In this document: positions 29,256 to 38,974 of the stretch, piece after piece
How the letters are laid out: every line of letters begins with the position of its first letter
How positions within the stretch are numbered: position 1 is the stretch's first letter
Virus record (IMG/VR): IMGVR_UViG_3300012156_000175
Direction: 5' to 3' (one strand)
Length of the DNA: 47,538 bases
Source of the DNA: a virus
Lineage: Duplodnaviria; Heunggongvirae; Uroviricota; Caudoviricetes
Program-made: the position numbers and the translations under genes
Notes under the pieces: model-generated
Seen by the model: the letters and a program-made list of their open reading frames with translations, nothing else
The model's database searches: none
What the model was told of the DNA's origin: nothing

Positions 29256-29676
29256 ATGGAAATTACATTACGCGAATGGGTGAGGAAGTATAAGGAGGGT
29301 GATTTTAAAAAAAAAAGATTATAAAACTCAATGTAAAGCCGGCTGGTATGATTGGTTTTGTAATACAGAAGAATTAGGTGAAAGACTAATAAAATTCGGT
29401 GATATTTTAATAATGATTGATAATGATTTTTTACTTGATAACTTCAGTATCTGGTTTAAAAATAATTGTCCATGTGATTATCCGCTTTATGATGATATGA
29501 GACTGGAACCATTGGATGAAGACAAAAGGGCTCAGCTGTTTTTTGGAATAAAGGTGGATTGTGGATATGAAATGCAAAAATATACAATTTTTACCGCCAG
29601 AAATGGATATAGAACAGAGAAGGAAGCCGATGATCAGATTAAAATTATTGCTTTTATGAATAATTGGAAGGAATAA
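29256..29676 (+). pseudogene. Phage-type gene split by an A10 tract frameshift
   Basis: AAGGAG RBS then MEITLREWVRKYKEGDF; with A9 instead of A10 (29307-29316) it reads into KKKDYKTQCKAGWYDWFC. Confidence 0.7.
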
Positions 29677-29677
29677 A

Positions 29678-30118
29678 ATGGGTAAGGTGTTTTTGCTATT
29701 AGATGAACCATCAAATTGTGGCGATTGTAAGTTACAAGAAGATGGTGTGTGCTTTTGGTTAAAAAGAGCGGTAGACATAAATTCATTACATGCTGAATGT
29801 CCATTAAGAAAATTGCCAGATAGAGAAAGGCTGCCAGAATTACATGAAACTGAGTATAGTCTGGGTTGGAAAGCTTATCATGACGCTATGTTGAATTCAA
29901 TTTTTACATCTCTGTTCATAAGAGACCCGGTAAAAGCTTTTGAAAATGCCATGAAAAGAGGGATGAAAAATCCAAATGATTATATGTATATGGAGTCGGA
30001 GTCGGGTTTTGATGTATTCAAACATCATGTTACTAGAAAGAGTATATCATATCCCTATTTGAATTTTGCAGAACGGTTTAAATTAAGAATTATAAATCAT
30101 TGGCAAAGAAGAAAATAA
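29678..30118 (+). CDS. Hypothetical protein with N-terminal Cys cluster
   Basis: PSNCGDC...C...CPLR; AAGGA RBS. Confidence 0.7.
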   Translation: MGKVFLLLDEPSNCGDCKLQEDGVCFWLKRAVDINSLHAECPLRKLPDRERLPELHETEYSLGWKAYHDAMLNSIFTSLFIRDPVKAFENAMKRGMKNPNDYMYMESESGFDVFKHHVTRKSISYPYLNFAERFKLRIINHWQRRK

Positions 30119-30135
30119 TATGTAAGGGAGATCAT

Positions 30136-30480
30136 ATGTCTGCGAATAGTGTTGTTTTAGTAAAAAGAAAAGAGTATATGGATTTTATTGATTATTTTAT
30201 TGCTGTTAATGACAAGGTTGTTGGAACATTAGATATTAGGGATACTCAAGATTTTATTTTTATTCGTTCTATTCAGATTAAAAAAGAATATCGTAGAAAC
30301 GGATATGCTAAAAAAGCGATTGATTATTTACTAACATTTCATAAGCCAGTAAAACTTGTCATCTCCGAGCATAGTCCAAGTGCAGCTCCTTTTTGGCATG
30401 AGTATTTTAAAGGCAAGTGTGTAATATGTGAAAGAAAAGTTTTTAATATATTAAATGAAAGGAAATGCTATGTGTCATAA
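30136..30480 (+). CDS. GNAT family acetyltransferase
   Basis: IRSIQIKKEYRRNGYA (motif A), A.PFW; AAGGGAG RBS before ATG 30136. Confidence 0.7.
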   Translation: MSANSVVLVKRKEYMDFIDYFIAVNDKVVGTLDIRDTQDFIFIRSIQIKKEYRRNGYAKKAIDYLLTFHKPVKLVISEHSPSAAPFWHEYFKGKCVICERKVFNILNERKCYVS

Positions 30481-30643
30481 TTGTGATTATTCTAAATCAG
30501 TAGGTGTGGGTTATAAAGTAAATTACCACTGTCAAAAACAAAATAATGAAATAACTGAAATTTCTGATACGTATTTCAATAAAAATGATAGAATAGAACG
30601 TCATTGTAATGGCTGTCTATATAAATACAATGAAGAAAACTAA
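30470..30643 (+). CDS. Small Cys-rich protein
   Basis: MCHNC...HC...HCNGC; AAAGGA RBS. Confidence 0.6.
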   Translation: MCHNCDYSKSVGVGYKVNYHCQKQNNEITEISDTYFNKNDRIERHCNGCLYKYNEEN

Positions 30644-30753
30644 AATCATGAAAAAGAAGCAGCGGCTTCTTTTTTTAATACAACTTAAATTTTTGTTTGA
30701 ACATTTTTTTAGACATAATTTTCTTATAATCAAAATGAAAAAAGGAGAAAGTA

Positions 30754-31275
30754 ATGGAATTTATAGTGATGAAGGATACTAAGGTAGAAGGCTATTACAG
30801 ATCTGCTTTGTATGACAATGCACCAGAGTATACTTATACACAAAAGGCTACTATGCGTTTCAAAAAATATGAAATCTTAGAAGTGGATGAGAATGCGAAA
30901 TTTACTATTTATGATTCTAAATTTGGTGTTAGCATTCATGGCTCTACATTTTATGGGACATTGGTTGATATTGAAAATTGTAAAGAATTAAAAACAGAAG
31001 CGGTTCGGTATGAGTATTATGAACTGTATGAAGAATATGAAAGGAATCAAAAGCGATCCCAAAAATTATATGAAGAATCTTTTGATATAGAACGAATGAT
31101 TGATGATTGCCTCTTTGGATATAGAAACCCAGATGCCGCAGAGGAATGGGTGAAAGACATTGATCCTTGGAGTGAATTATCAAAACTGATACATATAAAG
31201 GGAGAAATTATATTGAATGAGATGGATTTAAATAAAAGCATATCAGCCATGGATGAATATATCAAAAAAATATAA
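30754..31275 (+). CDS. Hypothetical protein
   Basis: AAGGAG RBS, 173 aa. Confidence 0.75.
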   Translation: MEFIVMKDTKVEGYYRSALYDNAPEYTYTQKATMRFKKYEILEVDENAKFTIYDSKFGVSIHGSTFYGTLVDIENCKELKTEAVRYEYYELYEEYERNQKRSQKLYEESFDIERMIDDCLFGYRNPDAAEEWVKDIDPWSELSKLIHIKGEIILNEMDLNKSISAMDEYIKKI

Positions 31276-31308
31276 AGGAAATTAATTCAAGAGAAAGGAT
31301 AAAATAAT

Positions 31309-31902
31309 ATGGGATGGATTAGTTATCATGCAAATTATTATAAAAATGATACAGTTGATAGAAAGGCAGAATGTGATGCTTATTTTTTAGAAGGTTCAAA
31401 CAAAGGATACTATGATGTAGTGAAATCTTCAATGGTAGGCAGCACTTATTATGCGGCTATAAGAAAACTTAAAAGCGTGGAAGAGTCAGTAACTGATGGT
31501 AAGGTGTGGGCCGCTATATTCTTAACTAGTGTAAACATTAAAGATTATTATAACTTTTCATATAAGAATATGGATGAGACTGTAGGGCCATGTCAATATG
31601 ACTGTCCCAAATCCATTCTTAGTTTACTGAGTGAAACTGACTCTGAATGGGCTCTGGAATGGAGGAATAACTGTAAACAATGGAAGGCTTTTAAAAGCCG
31701 AATAAATAAACTGCCTGTTGGGACTAAAATTAAGTTTTTGTCACAATTTGATTTTGACAATGGACTCAAAGCCGGAGACGAAGTTATATTGGAAAAATCA
31801 GAAAGGTCCTATAGAATGGGAAAAACAAAATATCATTGGATGGATGGTAAATATCGATGGAAACCATCTCTAATATCTAAGGATTTTCAAATTGTAGGAT
31901 AA
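31309..31902 (+). CDS. DUF6927-like protein
   Basis: MGW...GSTYYAA...F.YK.MDETVGP.QYDCP.SIL.LLS.T.SEWALEWR..C. Confidence 0.7.
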   Translation: MGWISYHANYYKNDTVDRKAECDAYFLEGSNKGYYDVVKSSMVGSTYYAAIRKLKSVEESVTDGKVWAAIFLTSVNIKDYYNFSYKNMDETVGPCQYDCPKSILSLLSETDSEWALEWRNNCKQWKAFKSRINKLPVGTKIKFLSQFDFDNGLKAGDEVILEKSERSYRMGKTKYHWMDGKYRWKPSLISKDFQIVG

Positions 31903-31920
31903 AATAGAAGGAGAGAAAAA

Positions 31921-32775
31921 ATGAATAAAGAAATAAATGAAGATATTTTAAAAGAAACTCTTGTGGCAATGTTTGCTAATATTATGGATGAAAGAAACAA
32001 CATAGACGTAAGTTTAATTACAGATGCTTTAAAGGAAAAATATAAAACAAGATTGAAAAAGCCTGAGATATTCTCAATTTTATTTGCTGGCCAGGTTGAA
32101 GATATTGTTGAATTAGTGGCAGAACAATTTTATGACAAGTCGTCCAATGTTATGGAAGATAAGCATAAGCCAACCTTTATTTTCACTAATTATGATTTTC
32201 TTAAAAGACATGTAGAAGGTCTTGGGAAAAGAAGAGAAGGCTTTGGATGTTCAGCAGATAAAAGCCGACATATTCTAAATAAATACCTTAAATACGCTTT
32301 GACTGGTGAAGTAGAAGAATTTGATATGAAAAAGGGTAATTATTGGGTACCTAAGTTTGGAACAGCTAAACAGTGGATGGGCTTTTGTGATTCATTATAT
32401 TCATTATATTATGGGAAAATTGAAGATTTCATGATGAATTACTCTGTTTTGATTACGGCAGAGATTAGAAGATATGAATATGATGTGCATAAGTGGTATA
32501 TTGAATTCATTGATAAAACGATAATTCATATGACAACCCGGTATGATGATAGAAACAACGATCCTGTTGATATAGACCGGTTTGAAGATAAGGACTATTT
32601 TATTATTAGGGAGAGATACTTAGGAAATCGCTCTGATGAATTTGAAGATGCACACAATGCTATGCTGATAGGTGAAGAAATAGAAGCACGGGATGCGTTT
32701 GGATGCAAATATAAAATTGTTCCAAAAGACTTAGTGAAAAGAATCGATTATAAAACTGAAAAAGCATTTTATTAA
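31921..32775 (+). CDS. Hypothetical protein
   Basis: AAGGAG RBS, 284 aa. Confidence 0.8.
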   Translation: MNKEINEDILKETLVAMFANIMDERNNIDVSLITDALKEKYKTRLKKPEIFSILFAGQVEDIVELVAEQFYDKSSNVMEDKHKPTFIFTNYDFLKRHVEGLGKRREGFGCSADKSRHILNKYLKYALTGEVEEFDMKKGNYWVPKFGTAKQWMGFCDSLYSLYYGKIEDFMMNYSVLITAEIRRYEYDVHKWYIEFIDKTIIHMTTRYDDRNNDPVDIDRFEDKDYFIIRERYLGNRSDEFEDAHNAMLIGEEIEARDAFGCKYKIVPKDLVKRIDYKTEKAFY

Positions 32776-32867
32776 TAGATATATGTAAATGTGAAACAGA
32801 TTATTAATCAGTGACATAAAAAAATAACTCAAGAATTATCAAATTTAAAAATAAAGGAGACTCACTT

Positions 32868-33059
32868 ATGTTATAACAACTGTCAAAAGACGAACTATAT
32901 GACAAATTAATTGCCTATGATTGTTACATTCAAATATCAACAGACTGCGACATCAGCCTTGCAGATAGTATATGGCGACCTATAGGTATCAGTGAGTTTT
33001 ACAAAACGCTATATCAAACAGAATGGAACCAAGCAAAGATAACAAACTTTATAATCTAA
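32868..33059 (+). pseudogene. Small gene with a nonsense codon at position 3
   Basis: AAGGAG RBS, ATG TTA TAA then 60 further open codons (QLSKDELYDKLIAYDCYIQ...). Confidence 0.5.
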
Positions 33060-33394
33060 TTAGAGGTTATAAAAATGAAGATTCTGAGAAAATAAGAAAA
33101 TCCATCTCTTTACTCAATGCCTCTATGCCTTTAGCTGTCGTTTATACTATAGGCATAGTTGTATGTATCTTATTAAGTGTGGTGACCAAATAAACACAAT
33201 TCAATATTAAAGTTTCCATTATGTTATATGTACTATTTAAAAGCCTATTTTATAGGCTTTTTTATTTATATAAATGTTTATTAAAAATATCTTATTTTTC
33301 TATTATCTTACATATTAGAAGTAAGAAAAGATGATAGCTGTTAATAAGCAATTATTATTAAGACGGTTGATATGGGAAAGGTAAAGGTGAGAAT

Positions 33395-33724
33395 ATGACA
33401 AGAGTAACAAACCATGCAAAACAAAGGGCGAAAGAACGATGTGGCATAAATAACAAATCAATTGAGCGTATAGCAGAGAAAGTGCTAAAACAAGGAATTA
33501 CCCATAACGAATGCACAGGACAAATAAGACGTTGGGTTGATAAACTATATCTTTCAGAAAAAAAAGCCAATAATATCAGATTATATGGTGATAAGGCTTA
33601 TTTATTCAATGATAATGTGTTGATAACAATCCTTCAAATACCTAACGATTTGCAAAATAGAGTCAAAACAATACTAAAACGAAGAAAAGAAACAGAGGAT
33701 ATATTTAAAAACAAAAATGAATAA
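33395..33724 (+). CDS. Putative BECR/RelE-like RNase-fold protein (DUF4258-like)
   Basis: VTNHAKQRAKER start and terminal beta strands (YLF...LITI). Confidence 0.5.
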   Translation: MTRVTNHAKQRAKERCGINNKSIERIAEKVLKQGITHNECTGQIRRWVDKLYLSEKKANNIRLYGDKAYLFNDNVLITILQIPNDLQNRVKTILKRRKETEDIFKNKNE

Positions 33725-33809
33725 AGAGTAAAGAGACGCAAATGCCTCTTTTTATTTTTATGGGATTACATACATACTATTTCAAATTAAGAAAAATGGA
33801 GGACACATA

Positions 33810-35981
33810 ATGAGAACATTATTAGTTTTGAGAGGCATTCCTGGTAGCGGAAAATCCACCTGGATTGAGGAAAATAAATTAGAAGAGTATACATTAAGCT
33901 CGGATCAAATTAGATTATTATATCAAGCTCCAGCTTATAAAGCGGATGGAAATAAAGTAATTTGCAGCTGGGAGGATGATAAAGTATGGAATACCCTCAC
34001 AGAAATGTTGGAAGCAAGATTATCTCATGGTGAATTTGTAGTGGTCGACGCAACAAATACATCTCAAAAAGAACTGTTGAGATATAAAAAATTAGCGCAT
34101 ACCTATCGTTATAGAATGTATGTAGTCGACTTTAGTGATATTCAATTGAATGTTGCTAAAGAAAGAAACGAACGCCGCGAGATATTAAAACGTGTCCCAG
34201 AGGTAATGATAGAAAAAATGTACAATCGATTAATGAAAAATATTGAAATTCCATCAGGAATTATACTATTAAAACCAAATGAACTTAAAAAGGTATATCT
34301 AAACCCAATAGATTTGTCAAGTTATAAGAAAATTCATCATATTGGTGACGTCCATGGCTGTTATACGGCATTAACAGATTATTTAAAAGATGGATTAAAA
34401 GAAGATGAGTTCTATATCTTCACCGGAGATTATATTGATAGAGGCATTGAAAATGCTGCAACTATTAAATATCTTATGTCAATTTCCAATAAGCCGAATG
34501 TTTTGCTGTTAGAAGGTAATCATGAAAAATGGCTTAGTATGTGGGCCAATGATAAAACTGCATATTCCAAGGAATTTGAAAACAACACACGACTTGAGTT
34601 AGAACGTGATGGTTTAAGTAGAAAGGAAGTAAGAAAATTTTATCGAAAGTTAGCTCAATGTGCTTACTACCAGTATGGAGGCAATATCTATGTTGTTACT
34701 CATGGTGGTATTAGTAATATCTGTAATAACCTGGTTTTTGTTGCCACTAAACAAATGATTGAGGGCGTAGGCTCTTATGAAGATGTTACCTTAGCAGAAG
34801 AATCTTTTGTAAAGAATCTTCCAGAAAACTATTACCAAATACATGGACATAGAAATAATGGCGCAGCAATTGATTTTGTGAAAAGGAATTTTAATCTCGA
34901 AGGAGAAGTTGAATTTGGCAATTACTTGAGGTGTTTACAGATTGATGAAGAAGGATTTCATCCTATTTACGTAAAAAACCATGTAACGAGAGATAAGAAA
35001 GTCTTTGACTCTGTCCCTGAATTAGTAGAAGCTTTTCGTGAAGATGATTTTATTAGAGAGAAAAAACATGGAAACATATCATCTTTTAACTTCACTGCGA
35101 AGGCATTCGCTGATAAACAATGGAACTCCAGAACAATGACAGCCAGAGGATTATTTATCAATACCTTGGAAAATAAGATATGTGCCAGGGCTTACGAAAA
35201 ATTTTTCAATCGAGGAGAAACATTAGAAACTACAGACCAATCATTAAAAGATAACTTAAAATTTCCAGTTAAGGGATATGTTAAGGAAAACGGGTTCTTA
35301 GGTATTGTTGGATATAATTCTGAATCAGATGACTTATTCATTACATCCAAATCTGATCCATCAGGAATCTTTTCACTATGGTTTAAACAATTAATTGAAA
35401 AGCAAATGACTGAGGAAAATCGGTTCAAAATGCTTAACTATATAAAGAACAATGATGTTACTTTCGTTTTTGAATGCGTTGACCAGGAAAATGATGCGCA
35501 CATCATTGATTATGAAGCAAGTAATATTTATTTACTTGATGTCATCAACAATAGTATTATATTTTCTAAAGCAACGTATGATGAGTTAATACTTATTGCG
35601 AATGAACTGAGTTTACAATGTAAGGAATTGGCTGTAGAGATTAGCAATTGGGAACAATTAGTTAAGTGGTTTGATGAAATAGAAAACCCATATTATAAAT
35701 ACAATGGTAAATATATTGAAGGTTTTGTTATTGAAGACACCATCGGCTTTATGTTTAAGGAAAAACTATATTACTATAATCAATGGAAACGCATGCGTAA
35801 TTTTAAAGATAGAGTTCTAATTGGAAAAGAATTTTTCAAGGAAGGGCTAAATGAGTTAGAACGTGATTTCTGCGATTTTTTAATTCGATTAATGCAATCT
35901 AACGCAAATATTTCCACAAATATTTGCGAATTACGAAAACTGTATTTAAAAGAAAAGGAGAAAGTTAATGACCGCCAATGA
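33810..35981 (+). CDS. Polynucleotide kinase / metallophosphoesterase / T4 Rnl1-like RNA ligase fusion
   Basis: GIPGSGKS P-loop; GDVHG, GDYIDRG, GNHE; ligase motifs KENG, TFVFE, EGFVI, FKEK. Confidence 0.9.
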   Translation: MRTLLVLRGIPGSGKSTWIEENKLEEYTLSSDQIRLLYQAPAYKADGNKVICSWEDDKVWNTLTEMLEARLSHGEFVVVDATNTSQKELLRYKKLAHTYRYRMYVVDFSDIQLNVAKERNERREILKRVPEVMIEKMYNRLMKNIEIPSGIILLKPNELKKVYLNPIDLSSYKKIHHIGDVHGCYTALTDYLKDGLKEDEFYIFTGDYIDRGIENAATIKYLMSISNKPNVLLLEGNHEKWLSMWANDKTAYSKEFENNTRLELERDGLSRKEVRKFYRKLAQCAYYQYGGNIYVVTHGGISNICNNLVFVATKQMIEGVGSYEDVTLAEESFVKNLPENYYQIHGHRNNGAAIDFVKRNFNLEGEVEFGNYLRCLQIDEEGFHPIYVKNHVTRDKKVFDSVPELVEAFREDDFIREKKHGNISSFNFTAKAFADKQWNSRTMTARGLFINTLENKICARAYEKFFNRGETLETTDQSLKDNLKFPVKGYVKENGFLGIVGYNSESDDLFITSKSDPSGIFSLWFKQLIEKQMTEENRFKMLNYIKNNDVTFVFECVDQENDAHIIDYEASNIYLLDVINNSIIFSKATYDELILIANELSLQCKELAVEISNWEQLVKWFDEIENPYYKYNGKYIEGFVIEDTIGFMFKEKLYYYNQWKRMRNFKDRVLIGKEFFKEGLNELERDFCDFLIRLMQSNANISTNICELRKLYLKEKEKVNDRQ

Positions 35982-36603
35982 TATTTATAAATTAAAGCCC
36001 ATTTCAGTAACAACCGAAATCGACAGATTAATAGGATGTGGATATAACCATATTCCAGAAATTGATGCTTATTATTTGGGATATGTTTCCAATGAAAGAA
36101 TAAACATTAAAACATATGCAGATTACTGTTTTGATGGCAGAAGAATATGGAAGATTAGTTCTGTTTGGTTTGATGAAAAACCTGTCATGATAATACAAAA
36201 TGCGGGCAGGGAAGGTGATGATCATGCTGAGCGATTTATAACAGACACGGATGTGTATGAAAATATGGTGAGTTATATTAAAACACTAATGGCAAAAGAG
36301 GAACTGCCTGATGTAATTGACCCAGATGAAAATATTCCCAAATTGACGGGTTTCTATGGACATACACTTGGTGAATTTTATGATCCTAATTTTGTTCCTG
36401 TTCATAAAATTGGAGATGTTGTGGAAGTTAACATTACTAATAATTCTTTAAGGTATTATGAGCTTAAATGCAATGAATACAGAAAAATGAAAGTTCAAAT
36501 AACACATGTATTTAATATTCCATGCCGTACTTATTTGGCAAAGGATTTAGAAGAAAAACATAGTCCATTTTGGGTAAATTACAATTTGGAAGCAGTTGAT
36601 TAA
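35968..36603 (+). CDS. Hypothetical protein
   Basis: Coupled to the ligase stop; AAGGAG RBS. Confidence 0.75.
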   Translation: MTANDIYKLKPISVTTEIDRLIGCGYNHIPEIDAYYLGYVSNERINIKTYADYCFDGRRIWKISSVWFDEKPVMIIQNAGREGDDHAERFITDTDVYENMVSYIKTLMAKEELPDVIDPDENIPKLTGFYGHTLGEFYDPNFVPVHKIGDVVEVNITNNSLRYYELKCNEYRKMKVQITHVFNIPCRTYLAKDLEEKHSPFWVNYNLEAVD

Positions 36604-36766
36604 AAATGAAGACTGGATTGTCCAGTCTTTTTTAGATTTTAGTTGTCAAATTGCGAATATATTATTATTATGTTTATAGTTGCATATACGTCTTGGGCAT
36701 AGTTTACAATTTCATTGTGACTGTATTTACGATGCGGATAAAAGTAGGAGATTTACTTAATAAAAG

Positions 36767-37255
36767 ATGAGGAATAAGGATATGATAAATTATAAGGATA
36801 AAAGAGAACAAGATAGTCTATATAAGAGATATAAGACTCTAGATAATTATATGTTGACTTTAAAAAACACATTAGAAGAAATCAAAGATGAAAAATTCAA
36901 ACAGGATATTCTTATATTAAGTGGTTTTGGAGAATCAAAAGCATATGACCCTGTTGATATAAACGGATTAAGCATTGATAAAAACTTAGCATATATTATA
37001 AGGTTTTGTGTTAATAACGATATTCCTACAATCGCCTCATGCTCTGGCCTTGCCTCTGATCACATATACGATACCGATAGAGAGGGATACATCGCATTTA
37101 AAGATGAAGAAAAATCAAGAAAATTTATAGAAATGGTTTGGGATGAATCTTGGTCAGAGCCGGAGTTGGGTTATACTCATTTCACTCCATCTATAAGGAT
37201 ATCAATAAATCATACTATTATTAATAAAATAAATAAAAAAATAAAAAAGATATAA
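36767..37255 (+). CDS. Hypothetical protein
   Basis: AGGAG RBS; IPTIASCSG.ASDH motif. Confidence 0.7.
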   Translation: MRNKDMINYKDKREQDSLYKRYKTLDNYMLTLKNTLEEIKDEKFKQDILILSGFGESKAYDPVDINGLSIDKNLAYIIRFCVNNDIPTIASCSGLASDHIYDTDREGYIAFKDEEKSRKFIEMVWDESWSEPELGYTHFTPSIRISINHTIINKINKKIKKI

Positions 37256-37296
37256 AACATGGTTACTTTTTAATTCAAGTAAATCATAATATATAT

Positions 37297-37602
37297 GGTC
37301 CTGGTGATTACGTGAGTAATCCGCATAGTGGTATAGGGAGCTAATAATTCGAAAAAATTTAATATTAGCAGTTCCAAATTAAATAATAGTTAACTACTAA
37401 ATACAAATACAAAACTATATTGGAACCCAAAATGAAACAGAAGCTTACTTAACATAAAATGTAAATAACTAAATGAGCAGTGTAAAGAATGATATCCCAT
37501 CGCTGTTTCGGATAACCAGCCCTTTTAACTTTACACAACTAGAAAACAAATAATTTAAATAAATATAATTCCTAGGAAAAAAAGCTGCTTAGCAGCTTTT
37601 TT
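37297..37602 (+). ncRNA. Putative pseudoknotted structured ncRNA
   Basis: CATAATA box at 37285, terminator at about 37577-37602, no RBS-led ORF; helices 37306-11/37316-21, 37340-46/37363-69, 37371-77/37420-26, 37386-91/37413-18, 37480-87/37529-36, 37493-97/37510-14; loop pairing 37434-40/37503-09. Confidence 0.55.
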
Positions 37603-37619
37603 GTTTTTTGCAAATATTG

Positions 37620-37648
37620 TTGTATTTTTTATAAGAAAATTGTATGAT
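37620..37648 (+). promoter_or_regulatory. Sigma-A-like promoter
   Basis: TTGTAT-N17-TATGAT. Confidence 0.6.
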
Positions 37649-37682
37649 AGAAGAGAATAAGACGAAAGGAGAGATTTGTTAC

Positions 37683-37928
37683 ATGGCAAAACAAACGAAT
37701 TATGCGGCAAAAAAGGAAAAAATTGAGGCTTTAATCATTAAGTTAGGGAATGATGCTGAAAAAATAGATTCTGATATCATGGCTCTAACGGAAAAGAAAA
37801 AACTAGTTAAAAAGAAATTAAAGGCGGCAATGAAAGAATTAGAAGAAACTAAAAAAGATGAAATGATTCAATTAGTAACTGAAAAAAACTTAAGTACTGA
37901 GGATTTGGAAAAAATATTACAAGCATAA
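37683..37928 (+). CDS. Small coiled-coil protein, DUF4315-like
   Basis: Heptad-rich body ending in EMIQLV..KNLS.EDL..IL; AAGGAG RBS before ATG 37683. Confidence 0.65.
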   Translation: MAKQTNYAAKKEKIEALIIKLGNDAEKIDSDIMALTEKKKLVKKKLKAAMKELEETKKDEMIQLVTEKNLSTEDLEKILQA

Positions 37929-38101
37929 CCTTAGTGAAAGGGATCTAGATAGATCCCTTTTTTGTTTGCTTTTTTAATCTACAAGATATCGTAAAAAAAT
38001 AGCTACATACTATATATGAAAGCAATAAGCTAAAAGGAGATAGAAAGGAGACAGGCGATTATTCTCACTACCTAATGTGTGGAAGTGTTATCGTCTAATA
38101 T

Positions 38102-38890
38102 ATGATGAAATTTTGTAATAATGTAAAGGGAGCAGTTCATCCAACTGCAAAAAGAGGTGCACCAGCAATTTCTCTTGATGAATTTAAGAAAATTTTAACT
38201 GATTACTATAATATGAGTTACGGTTCAGGAGATATCAATGATTATTATACTGAGGCTACAGACAAAGAATCTTTCATAAAGGATCTTTTTCAAAATAGAT
38301 CCTCTGTGGACTGTCCTGAATTCTATAGTGAAATGAGATTTTTTAGTGATAATCCTGCTACAACAGCAATTAAAGCTGTCGATCCCGCCAATAATTTATT
38401 AGGATTAAAAGTATTGGACTCCGATATTCCAATCTATGGATTTTTAATGGGAGGCGAACATGAAAGACCATTCTTTGTGGTTCTTTATTGGAACGGAAAA
38501 CATTTAAGATTTTTTATTCCAGAATTCGGAAATACAATAAACATGGATTTTTTTACGGGTTTTGGAAGTGAGGCATATTCAGCAGCAGATTCTTTGGAAG
38601 AATTAATTATTGATTATGAAGAATTTTTACATAAAAGCTTAGAAGATGTTGTATGTTTAACTTGTAAAAAAGATGAATTGGATTTTATGGCACCAGGAAT
38701 TGCATACTGCCTAAAAAATAAGTTTGCTGACACAGAGGAAGAGGCTTATAAGATTATGAATACCGTCTCATGGGATGAAATGTTAAATGAAATCTATGAC
38801 TTTATCGAAGAATCAGAAATTGACTCATCTGAAACCGTTATAGTTGGAACTACTGAATACGAGGATGAGGATGAAGATTTCGATTATTAA
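38102..38890 (+). CDS. Acidic hypothetical protein
   Basis: 262-aa ORF; the SD is separated from the ATG by a hairpin. Confidence 0.75.
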   Translation: MMKFCNNVKGAVHPTAKRGAPAISLDEFKKILTDYYNMSYGSGDINDYYTEATDKESFIKDLFQNRSSVDCPEFYSEMRFFSDNPATTAIKAVDPANNLLGLKVLDSDIPIYGFLMGGEHERPFFVVLYWNGKHLRFFIPEFGNTINMDFFTGFGSEAYSAADSLEELIIDYEEFLHKSLEDVVCLTCKKDELDFMAPGIAYCLKNKFADTEEEAYKIMNTVSWDEMLNEIYDFIEESEIDSSETVIVGTTEYEDEDEDFDY

Positions 38891-38974
38891 AAAGGCTATA
38901 TGCCTTTTTTTATTATAAAAAAAACATTGACATATTAGTTATGTGATAAAAGAAAAGAAGGAGAAAAAATTAAA

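Noticed and set aside
33074-33195. Type I toxin-like hydrophobic peptide
   Set aside because: The TM-like frame (MPLAVVYTIGIVVCILLSVVTK) is out of frame with the RBS-led ATG, and no convergent antitoxin unit is evident
37297-37602. tmRNA or RNase P RNA (AAACAGAAGCTTA recalls the RNase P 3' conserved region)
   Set aside because: No GAGGAAAGUCC, no tRNA-like GGGG...UCCACCA ends and no alanine-ending tag frame
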